Shown here piece by piece: positions 19,152 to 27,279 of a stretch of 64,000 bases of DNA (positions are counted from its first letter, which is position 1; each line of letters opens with the position of its first letter). Under the pieces are notes generated by a model. It searched no databases. It had not been told where the DNA came from and was given only the letters and a program-made list of their open reading frames with translations. The stretch comes from a virus. Made by a program: the position numbers and the translations under genes. The stretch lies in IMG/VR virus record IMGVR_UViG_3300033485_000001, positions 1-64,000 of that record, one strand, 5' to 3'.

Positions 19152-19450
19152 CCACCCTCAAGGAGACTCTCGAGTGGTTGATCAAGAACTACGAGCCGGG
19201 AGAGGTCGTCGACCTGGATGGTCTGCGCGCCGACATCCGACCCGACACCAGGGATCCGCCAGCGGAGCCCTACAACGAGGACATGGAGGACGAGTGGGTG
19301 GAGGGTGGGACAGACGTGATCTGGAGCACCCTCATCGAACTGGACATCGTTCGCCCCATGCCAGGCGCCTGCGTCTTCGTGAAGAAGGCAAAGGCCCTGC
19401 TCGAGGCGATGAAGAAGCTGGAGGAGATCGAGTATGACGGTCCAATCTGA
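19148..19450 (+). CDS. hypothetical protein
   Basis: ATGA coupling. Confidence 0.6.
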   Translation: MTTLKETLEWLIKNYEPGEVVDLDGLRADIRPDTRDPPAEPYNEDMEDEWVEGGTDVIWSTLIELDIVRPMPGACVFVKKAKALLEAMKKLEEIEYDGPI

Positions 19451-19886
19451 GAGGTGCCAGACCTGCGGCCACTCCTGCATCGCCAGCGTGGTCGCGAAGT
19501 GCAGCGACCTGTTCCACTTCCGCTGGCCCGGAGGCCGAGAGCACGATGGGTACGTGCTGCCGCACGAGACGATCGGGCTGCGGGACAACGGGGCGTACCA
19601 CGACTACGTGCAGTTCCAGTACTGCCTCGTCTGCGGGCAGATCCAAGGCAAGTGGCCTGTGAAGGGCGCGGACAAGTACCTGCGGGAGTACGCTCCCAAG
19701 CGCCTGTGGGAAGTGATCGTCATCCAAGACGGCGGCTACTGGAGCGGATACTACTTCAAGTCCACCACGAAGGAAAAGATCGAGCGTGAGCTCCAGACCA
19801 ACGACGAGTTCCGCAAGTCCGTCAGCTTCGAGATCCACGAGGCCGATGAAGTGCCAGAGAACGTCCTCGTGAGGGACTTGGGGTGA
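19434..19886 (+). CDS. zinc-finger hypothetical protein
   Basis: CQTC...CSD, YVQFQYCLVCGQIQG. Confidence 0.65.
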   Translation: MTVQSERCQTCGHSCIASVVAKCSDLFHFRWPGGREHDGYVLPHETIGLRDNGAYHDYVQFQYCLVCGQIQGKWPVKGADKYLREYAPKRLWEVIVIQDGGYWSGYYFKSTTKEKIERELQTNDEFRKSVSFEIHEADEVPENVLVRDLG

Positions 19887-20182
19887 TCAAGAGCATCCGC
19901 CTTGTCGGCGAGCAGCGCGGGTACGAGGCGGCCGTCGAAGCGAACGAGGATGTTCTTCCAGAGCAGTTCGAGAGCGACGACGAGTTCCTCGACGCCTTCT
20001 TCGACAGCGCCACCGAGTACGAAGACGGCACCCGCGAGCTCGAGGGCTGGACCCCTGTGGGCGACGAGATCGTCGATGAAGAATCAGAGGATGAGATCTG
20101 GGAATCGTATCAGGTCGGTGTTAGGCTCGGCATCAAACGTCGGTGGCAGGAGGTGATGGGCATGTTCAAGGAGGATCGATGA
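19883..20182 (+). CDS. acidic hypothetical protein
   Basis: GTGA coupling; very Asp/Glu-rich. Confidence 0.6.
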   Translation: MIKSIRLVGEQRGYEAAVEANEDVLPEQFESDDEFLDAFFDSATEYEDGTRELEGWTPVGDEIVDEESEDEIWESYQVGVRLGIKRRWQEVMGMFKEDR

Positions 20183-20412
20183 GCGACCCCGTGGCGAAGA
20201 AGCCGACCTGGCAGGACGTGCTCGACCTCTCCATGATCGACCCGGTTGTCAACATGGTCGTGGTCGCCTACAGGAACGAGTCCAGGGAGGAGCAGCTCGT
20301 CAGGATGGTGGTCGCACTCTCCCAGTCCAGAGAGGATCTGATCAAGCGGTGGACGAAGGAGAAGATGGAACAGGTCGTCTCCGTGATGAAGATGAAGCTG
20401 GAGGAGCTATGA
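20179..20412 (+). CDS. small hypothetical protein
   Basis: GGAGG RBS. Confidence 0.6.
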   Translation: MSDPVAKKPTWQDVLDLSMIDPVVNMVVVAYRNESREEQLVRMVVALSQSREDLIKRWTKEKMEQVVSVMKMKLEEL

Positions 20413-20861
20413 TCGACAAGAACGAGTACCCCTGGACAAGGCCGGTCGAGTGGGCATGGGAGGATCCGGTCCGCGAGTACTACGTGGCTGGCTTCAAGAC
20501 CAGGGAGGAAGCTGTCGAGCACGTCCAGTGGACTGCCAACGAGGAGAGCTGGGAACGGTCCAGGAAGATCAACATCGGGCACGCGGTCTGGCCCGAGCCC
20601 GGTGTGTACGCCTCGATGGACGCCGGCGACCTGGCGGAGCAGATCGACGAGAACGCCTTCGATGACGGCTGCTACACCGACGACGAGCCACTGTTCGACT
20701 TCGATGATCAGAAGAAGGCGCAGGAGGAGCTGGTCACCTTCCTCAGAGGGTGGGCCAACAGGCACCTCACGCCGTGCAAGTGGACCTTCAAGAAGGTCGA
20801 GGAGATCATGATCGGTGCCAGTGAGGATGGGGCCGGAAGCCCCGATGAGAAGAAGGAGTGA
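20409..20861 (+). CDS. acidic hypothetical protein
   Basis: GGAGG RBS. Confidence 0.65.
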   Translation: MIDKNEYPWTRPVEWAWEDPVREYYVAGFKTREEAVEHVQWTANEESWERSRKINIGHAVWPEPGVYASMDAGDLAEQIDENAFDDGCYTDDEPLFDFDDQKKAQEELVTFLRGWANRHLTPCKWTFKKVEEIMIGASEDGAGSPDEKKE

Positions 20862-20866
20862 GAGGA

Positions 20867-21187
20867 ATGCCGAAGCAGGAGAAGCCGCTGAACCAGGCGG
20901 AGGTGGTCGAGGAGTTGGTCGGGAGGACCGGGCTCGAGAAGAGGCACGTGAAGGACTTCCTCGCCCACCTGCACGACCTGGTGCTCGAGCAGCTCAACAA
21001 GAAGGGCATCGGGGAGATCCGGATCCCCAACCTCGACGTCAAGCTGACCGTCATCAAGAAGCCGGCGACGAAGGCGCACAAGGGGCGGAACCCCTTCACC
21101 GGCGAGGAGATCATGGTCGCCGCCAAGCCCGCCCGGAAGGTCATCAAGATCAAGCCGATGAAGAAGCTCAAGGACGCTGTTGCCTGA
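20867..21187 (+). CDS. hup: HU family histone-like DNA-binding protein
   Basis: LNQAEVVEEL...GRNPFTGEEIMVAAKPARKVIKIKPMKKLKDAV. Confidence 0.9.
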   Translation: MPKQEKPLNQAEVVEELVGRTGLEKRHVKDFLAHLHDLVLEQLNKKGIGEIRIPNLDVKLTVIKKPATKAHKGRNPFTGEEIMVAAKPARKVIKIKPMKKLKDAVA

Positions 21188-21234
21188 CGGCGAGACCCGC
21201 AGTACACTCGGATCGATGGGGCTTCGGCCCCAAC

Positions 21235-21530
21235 GGGGGTGACAGGTTTCGACGGGTACCAAGACGGATGGGAGTGCGTGCCGAGCATGATCTCTAGCTC
21301 GTACAAACTGGGATCAACACACAGTTGCCAACACCGACAACTACGCTCCTCTCGCCCAAGCGGCGTGATGAGCCGTCCCGCCCTGGGTGCTTCGACCAGT
21401 GCAATGGGGCGTCATCAGAAGCAACTCCGCTGTGATGTAGTGGGCCGCCTGGAGCCTCGATCCAGGAAACGCACGTAGTTGCTCGCATCTCGAGGGTGCG
21501 CGGACGGGGGTTCGATTCCCCCCACCTCCA
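21235..21530 (+). ncRNA. ssrA: tmRNA, tag ANTDNYAPLAQAA
   Basis: 5' GGGGGTGACAGGTTTCGACG; 3' GGGGGTTCGATTCCCCCCACCTCCA with G3.U pair; pseudoknot CGAGC/GCTCG plus TGATCTC/GGGATCA; tag ORF 21327-21371 with double TGA. Confidence 0.95.
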
Positions 21531-21602
21531 TGCGGGGTGGAGCAGTGGCAGCTCGCCAGGCCCATAACCTGGAGATCGTGGGTTCAAGTCCCACCCCCGC
21601 TA
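21531..21602 (+). tRNA. tRNA(CAU), initiator (fMet)-type
   Basis: full cloverleaf; anticodon loop CCCATAA; 1:72 mismatch; A11-U24; T-loop TTCAAGT. Confidence 0.9.
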
Positions 21603-21633
21603 CCGATCGGTGAGTCGCCAGCTCACCTATCCC

Positions 21634-21677
21634 AGGCCGGCAGAGGACGATCCCCCCTCTGCCGGCCTTTCCTTTCG
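21634..21677 (+). terminator. intrinsic terminator after tmRNA-tRNA
   Basis: 13-bp stem AGGCCGGCAGAGG/CCTCTGCCGGCCT then TTCCTTTC. Confidence 0.75.
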
Positions 21678-21740
21678 CTACGGTCTGTAGTTCTGCAAGC
21701 TCCCGCCTCGGGGTATACTCGTGGGAAGAGTGGAGGCAGC

Positions 21741-22661
21741 ATGGGTTTCCCCACGAGCACCGACTATCCGGACGCCGTAGACGGCCCGCAGGTGCGTGCA
21801 GACAACGTGGACATCGTCTATGACGATGACTTCAACTATCGTGACTACCAGATCAGACAGATCCAGGCGTACCTCGGGCTCACGTCCGAGTTGATCGGTC
21901 AGGGCGTTGCGGGCAAGGGTCCCGGAGGCATGGTGAGTCCCATCGCCTCCGGGGCCGCAGCTCGCGCGATCCGTTTAGCTGCTCGTAACGCCTTCGCAGC
22001 GGGCTACGTCCTGAGCGTCGGCGACAACTACGACACGGCCTACACCGAGAAGCTGCTCCTGGACTACCTGGGTATCCTCTGGACGCTGGGCGGCATCGAT
22101 GCCTCCGCGATGCTGAAGGTCCCGAAGACCGCCCTTCCCGCGCCTGGGGTTGCCGGGCGTCTCCAGTGGGATCCTGTTGCTCTGTCTCTTGCCTACGACG
22201 ACGGCGTCGCGTGGAACTTGATCGGCGGCGCTGCCGCTGGCGGCTACCTCGACTGGGTGTGCAACTTCTCCTACACGGAGGCTGCGGCACCGATCCAGGA
22301 GCTGATGGGTTCCGGGGTCTTCGACGGCGGCACCGTCGGATCCATGGAGGTCTACTTCCGCGCCTCGCTGGACCCCAGCCTGTCCGCAGGATCGACGACG
22401 GTGACCCTCTTCGACCTCGGGGACGTGGGATCCCCGCCTGGGGTTCCAAGGACCGTAGGCACCCTCGTGGCAACCACGAACGGCCTCCAGTATCTGGAGA
22501 CCGCCTCCCCAGGGTTCACTGTGGTGGACCCGCCTGCGGTGCCGGGTCCTGGAGAGATCTTGTCGACACCGCGCCTCTACGAGATCTGCATCACCTCGGC
22601 TGCGGTGGTTGGGGACACGGTCCTCGTTTTCTCCTGCGGCCTTGACGTGAGGTCGCCATGA
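21741..22661 (+). CDS. virion or tail-fibre anchor-like structural protein
   Basis: N-terminal FPTSTD...DNVDIV...N..I..IQ..LG pattern typical of phage fibre attachment; Gly/Ala-rich beta composition. Confidence 0.6.
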   Translation: MGFPTSTDYPDAVDGPQVRADNVDIVYDDDFNYRDYQIRQIQAYLGLTSELIGQGVAGKGPGGMVSPIASGAAARAIRLAARNAFAAGYVLSVGDNYDTAYTEKLLLDYLGILWTLGGIDASAMLKVPKTALPAPGVAGRLQWDPVALSLAYDDGVAWNLIGGAAAGGYLDWVCNFSYTEAAAPIQELMGSGVFDGGTVGSMEVYFRASLDPSLSAGSTTVTLFDLGDVGSPPGVPRTVGTLVATTNGLQYLETASPGFTVVDPPAVPGPGEILSTPRLYEICITSAAVVGDTVLVFSCGLDVRSP

Positions 22662-23788
22662 TCTTCGTGAGGAACGTCAGGACTCCGGACCTGACAGCAA
22701 CGTGGTCGGCGCATGCCGCGACGATGCTGATTCGCGAGCTCCTCCTGCTTGCCGACTGGACCGATCAGTCCATCACGACAGGACCCATCGGGCCAAGCGC
22801 AGATGCGGCCTGGGCGACGTGCCTTGTCCTCGCCGCGACGTCTCCGAACGGGGTCCAGGTCGCGGCGGCGAACCCGCGCGAGATCTACGACCCGCTGGCC
22901 CGCTTCACCGCAGCGATGGTGAACCAGATCATCACCTTGAAGGGGACGCTCAACAAGGGGATGTTCAAGATCGTCGAGTACGTCGATACGAGCCACGTCA
23001 AGATCGACGTACAGACGGCACCGCCTCTGGGTTGGACGGACGAGTCCGACATCCCGGCGCGGATCGTCAACGTGACGCTGGCGCGGCTTGCGGCCGGGGC
23101 GCAGTTCCTCTCGCAAGCGCCGTCCTCGAACCTCCAGCTTCGCGTCCAGCAGCCGACGACCTCGACGTGCTACTGCTACGCGCGCCCACGCGGCGGTGCT
23201 GGGGTGGCGACCGAAGCCAATGCCGCAATGGATACTGGGATCGCGAATGGGACGGACACGTACTTGCGGTTCAATGCCGTGCTCGATGGACCGAACGCCG
23301 CGATCTTCTTCACGTCTGCCTACGGGTGGCGGTTCGTGATGTGCGGCGAGCTCACCGACACCGACACCGGGGACAACGACCCCGGCTTCCTCTGGTGGGC
23401 CTGGAACTCCAGCTATCACATCACGAACATGACGGCTGGATCGTCGCTGTGGATGCTGAACCATCTCGATGCGCGGCTCCAGGCGTACACCACGTTCCCC
23501 AAGGCGTTCACTGGAACCGACGTAGCGAGCATGTTCTACAACTCCCAGTTGCGACGATTGCAGGATGGACGACCGGGCCGGCTTCATCTGCGACGTCCAA
23601 AGGTTGTCGGTGCCGACTCGGCTGGGACGGCGTGCGTGAGGGGTAAGCTCCCACTGATTCGTGTCTGCGTGCTGGGCCTGGAGATCTACAGACCCATCGA
23701 TGCTGCTGGGAACTGGATCCATATGAGGGCTGGGCTCGTGCTGCCACGCAACGGACCCAACGATCCCTTGCCGATCACTGGAGGCTGA
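22658..23788 (+). CDS. cassette 1 protein A (putative tail/receptor-binding component)
   Basis: paralogous to 26104 and 29598 (GWTDE, QAP, NGPNDPLP). Confidence 0.65.
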   Translation: MIFVRNVRTPDLTATWSAHAATMLIRELLLLADWTDQSITTGPIGPSADAAWATCLVLAATSPNGVQVAAANPREIYDPLARFTAAMVNQIITLKGTLNKGMFKIVEYVDTSHVKIDVQTAPPLGWTDESDIPARIVNVTLARLAAGAQFLSQAPSSNLQLRVQQPTTSTCYCYARPRGGAGVATEANAAMDTGIANGTDTYLRFNAVLDGPNAAIFFTSAYGWRFVMCGELTDTDTGDNDPGFLWWAWNSSYHITNMTAGSSLWMLNHLDARLQAYTTFPKAFTGTDVASMFYNSQLRRLQDGRPGRLHLRRPKVVGADSAGTACVRGKLPLIRVCVLGLEIYRPIDAAGNWIHMRAGLVLPRNGPNDPLPITGG

Positions 23789-23789
23789 G

Positions 23790-25757
23790 ATGGCGAAGCA
23801 CTACATCAGGGACGCCAGGATCGCGATGGGGGTCAACTCCTACGAGATGGGGCAGCAGAAAGCTCGCCACATCCTGTACCACTTCCTTCGCGTTGCTGGG
23901 TGCGAGTGGCTCTGGGAGTGCGACGGAGCAAGAGGTCCGTGTAGCGAGAACGCGAACCACGTCTACGATGGAGATATGGGCGAGAGCGGGACCGGCTACT
24001 GGGCTTCAGAGGGGGGCGGCACGTTCTCGAAGGACTCAACGACGAAGTTCACTGGCACACAGAGCCTAGAGGTCGTGTCGAGCTCCGGTGGAGCAAGTGG
24101 AGTCAAGAGTTCTGCGCTGATCAGCATGCAGAACCCGCAGACGCTTACCATAGGTACTAGCGACTCGATCCTTTCCGTCGGCAATGGAAAGCTCAAGATA
24201 CACGATGCTGCCAGCGGCATCTACAAGACGTTTCATGGCGGAAGGGTCATTCTCTCTGGATGTAGTATCCCTGGCAACAATGGGACGTTTCCCATCGTTG
24301 GCAGTGAACACGTCGCTGTCTCGGACACGGACGTTTACATCTACAACCCGAGCGGCTCGACTGAGTATCCAACCGCTGCGACTGGCATCTTTCAGGCGAA
24401 GTACGAGCTCTCGATCTGGGCGCTGAACGACTCCGGTGTGTCGTGGGACGTGCAGGTTGATCCAGGAACAGGGAGCCCCGCGTCTGTCGGGTCGATTCCA
24501 TCGGACGGGGTCTGGACAAGGTACCACTTCACGTTCTACCGAACCGGAACTGGATCCAACTACATCTACGTCCTGTCCGCAACGAGCGGGAAGACGATCT
24601 ACATCAACGGCATCCACGTGTTCAGGTCGGCCTACGAGTACTTCAACGAGAACAAGTACGGCACTGGCGGAACGGTAGCAGCACCTGATCTGTTCACGCC
24701 AGGAGGGATGACGCCTACCGGAGACGACACAGGGAAGTGGCTCTTCATCTGGGACACCGGCGTTCCGAGCAACAGTGGTGCGTACAAGATCACCGGCCTT
24801 TCGGGAGGCGCGTACCAAGTCGATCTACGGTCTGGCTCGATGGTCTTCGATCCAGTGGGAAGCTCGGTGGTGAGATGGCGGATCGTTGACGTGGAACTCA
24901 CCGCTCTACCAAGCGCAAGCATCCAGGTTCAGGACTGCTGGCTGTGTGGGATCGGATTCGGGTTGGAGTCGCCACACAGTTCGCACTGGCGCCTGTTCAT
25001 GCGAGATACCATACAGGACGGCTATAGCGCCAGGGCGCGTCCTGCCATCCTCTGGGCTTCCCCAGAGGACACAGACTTCAACATCTCCTCTGGCACGTTC
25101 TACAAGACCGGACCCTCGACACAGAGAAGTAGGACTGGGCCGTACCTCTGGGAGGGGGGCGAGCTCTACTACTGGTCGGGTGGCAAGGCGTACACGTCTG
25201 TTGATCGCTCATCACGCTACTTCGTGATGACAGATGATGATGTCTCGTTCGTCACGCACTACCAGTGGAGCGTCACCAGGGTCGTAGGAGATGCCGTTGG
25301 GTTCGTGGGGTTCACAGGAACTGATCCGAACTACCCCGACGAGGAAGAGTTCGCCCTGCTGTTCGGCAAGCCGGATAGCATGTCGGGATCACCAGACAGC
25401 GAGATGGCCTTCACCGGCGCGGACGGCACGTTCCTCTCAGACGGTTCCGGCTTCACGCCGGAAGGGCTGGCCATCAGGACCATCGGGGCTGTGTTCGGCT
25501 ATGGGCAAGCCGCCCTGTCGGTCATCACGCAGGCGAATGCCTGTCCAAGCCCGTGGTCCGGTGAGGAGCACATCGACCCGCTGTTCATCGTGCGCGATCC
25601 TGACACGCTCGGCGGGGCTCCAGGAGAGCGCGAGCTGACGAACGGGCTGTTCATGGCCAGGCAGAACCTGCCCCAGCTCGCCACGTTCGACTCGGGGAAC
25701 TACCTGCACTTCACGTCCGGGCTCGTCTGGGAGTGGAACGGGGCGACGCTGGCATGA
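23790..25757 (+). CDS. cassette 1 protein B (putative receptor-binding protein, CBM-like segment)
   Basis: YHFLRVAGCEWLWECD, NNGTF, NSGAYKI, VDLRSG; paralogous to 27280 and 30767. Confidence 0.65.
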   Translation: MAKHYIRDARIAMGVNSYEMGQQKARHILYHFLRVAGCEWLWECDGARGPCSENANHVYDGDMGESGTGYWASEGGGTFSKDSTTKFTGTQSLEVVSSSGGASGVKSSALISMQNPQTLTIGTSDSILSVGNGKLKIHDAASGIYKTFHGGRVILSGCSIPGNNGTFPIVGSEHVAVSDTDVYIYNPSGSTEYPTAATGIFQAKYELSIWALNDSGVSWDVQVDPGTGSPASVGSIPSDGVWTRYHFTFYRTGTGSNYIYVLSATSGKTIYINGIHVFRSAYEYFNENKYGTGGTVAAPDLFTPGGMTPTGDDTGKWLFIWDTGVPSNSGAYKITGLSGGAYQVDLRSGSMVFDPVGSSVVRWRIVDVELTALPSASIQVQDCWLCGIGFGLESPHSSHWRLFMRDTIQDGYSARARPAILWASPEDTDFNISSGTFYKTGPSTQRSRTGPYLWEGGELYYWSGGKAYTSVDRSSRYFVMTDDDVSFVTHYQWSVTRVVGDAVGFVGFTGTDPNYPDEEEFALLFGKPDSMSGSPDSEMAFTGADGTFLSDGSGFTPEGLAIRTIGAVFGYGQAALSVITQANACPSPWSGEEHIDPLFIVRDPDTLGGAPGERELTNGLFMARQNLPQLATFDSGNYLHFTSGLVWEWNGATLA

Positions 25758-26104
25758 CTGTGATCCTCTCCAACAAGGTCGATGACAGGGAACCCTGGGA
25801 TGGGTTCATGCTCCTCAACGCCCAGGTCTCCACGTCAAGCAAGGCAGACGACTCCGCTGCATGGGAGTTCCTGACGCGGATCGCGCAGAACGACCATGAC
25901 TCTGCCTTCAGGTACTGGCCCTATCCCCTTCCCGGCGGGGTGCTGGCCAAGTACAGGAACAAGTGCAGGGACAGCTCAACGCTTCAGTGGGTCGAGTGGG
26001 TCACCGACTACGAGGACATCTACGGGACGGAGTACCCCGGTGCGGGCTTCGACCCCGGCACGTACAGGGTGATCAACATCACCTATGACCAGGGGCAGGG
26101 CTGA
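25754..26104 (+). CDS. cassette 1 protein C
   Basis: YPLPGGVLAKYRNKCRD...EYPGAGFD. Confidence 0.7.
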   Translation: MTVILSNKVDDREPWDGFMLLNAQVSTSSKADDSAAWEFLTRIAQNDHDSAFRYWPYPLPGGVLAKYRNKCRDSSTLQWVEWVTDYEDIYGTEYPGAGFDPGTYRVINITYDQGQG

Positions 26105-27267
26105 TGATCTTCGTGCGAAACCTCAGAAGCCCCACGATGGGGGCCGACAACCTGATCTCCCACGTCACCTCGCTCTACCTGAAGGAGCTTCTCCTCCTTG
26201 GCGGCTGGACCTTCATCTCCGACAACTTGGACGCAGCCTGGGCGACCTGTACCCTCGTCAATGAGCTCGGTGGTGCGAGTGGGTTCCAGGTCTCCGCCGC
26301 GAACCCACGCATCGTGTACAGCTCGGCTGGCGTCTTCACTTCAGCCCACGTCACGAACGAGTGCTCCATCTTCCTCAGAGCGACGAACAGCGAGAACAGG
26401 ATCGCCGCAAGGATCATCGTCTACATCGACGCGAACCACGTCGAGGTCGACTCGGACAGCGCCCCTCCCGATGGTTGGACCGACGAGGGCGGCGTCGGCG
26501 CGTACATCCCAGGGCGCATCATCAGCCCCAAGGCGGCGACGCTGGCAGTGGGGGCCTGGGTCGTGCTCCAGGCTCCGGTAGGGAATCATCACGCCAGGAT
26601 CCTGCGGAACGCCACGCTCGTCACGCGCTGTTTCTCCCGCCCCCTCGGCAAGCTCGGCACTGCGACGGAGACGCCGACGGCCGGCATCGACATCACCACC
26701 GTCGCGGTGAGCCGCTTCGTCATCCTGCACGCCGTCTTCGACGGGGACAACGCACTGGTCTACGGCACGGGCAAGGGAGCGACCACAGAGAACCCAGTGA
26801 TGCTGTGGGGAACACTGGAGGAGGCGGCGACAGGAGACTCCAACCCAAACTTCGTCTACGGCGGCGGCAACATGGCCGGATCCCATCCTGGGGCCTGGCC
26901 GATGGGGATGCTCGACGCAAACCCGACGCCCGCTGCGATCTCGGCGATGCCTGCCTCGGTGAAGTACTACGGGGACAGCATGGGCAACATCTACCACTAC
27001 ACCATCGATGCCAACCAAGCCTGGCGTCTCCAGAACGGCAAGCCGGGGAAGTACGCACTCCGTCGCCCGCTCGTTGTCCTGGCGAACAGAGCGACATACG
27101 GTAGCGGAGTTCGAGGAAGGATGCCAATGATCAGGTTTGGGAATACGAACCTGGAGCGGTTCAGGCCCGTGGAGGCGGCTGGGTCGTGGCTGCACCTGAT
27201 CTACGGCTTCTCCGTTCCAAGGAACGGACCCAACGATCCGCTGCCGCACATCGCATACGCGACGTGA
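26104..27267 (+). CDS. cassette 2 protein A
   Basis: MIFVRN start; GWTDE; NGPNDPLP. Confidence 0.7.
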   Translation: MIFVRNLRSPTMGADNLISHVTSLYLKELLLLGGWTFISDNLDAAWATCTLVNELGGASGFQVSAANPRIVYSSAGVFTSAHVTNECSIFLRATNSENRIAARIIVYIDANHVEVDSDSAPPDGWTDEGGVGAYIPGRIISPKAATLAVGAWVVLQAPVGNHHARILRNATLVTRCFSRPLGKLGTATETPTAGIDITTVAVSRFVILHAVFDGDNALVYGTGKGATTENPVMLWGTLEEAATGDSNPNFVYGGGNMAGSHPGAWPMGMLDANPTPAAISAMPASVKYYGDSMGNIYHYTIDANQAWRLQNGKPGKYALRRPLVVLANRATYGSGVRGRMPMIRFGNTNLERFRPVEAAGSWLHLIYGFSVPRNGPNDPLPHIAYAT

Positions 27268-27279
27268 TGGAGATCGACG

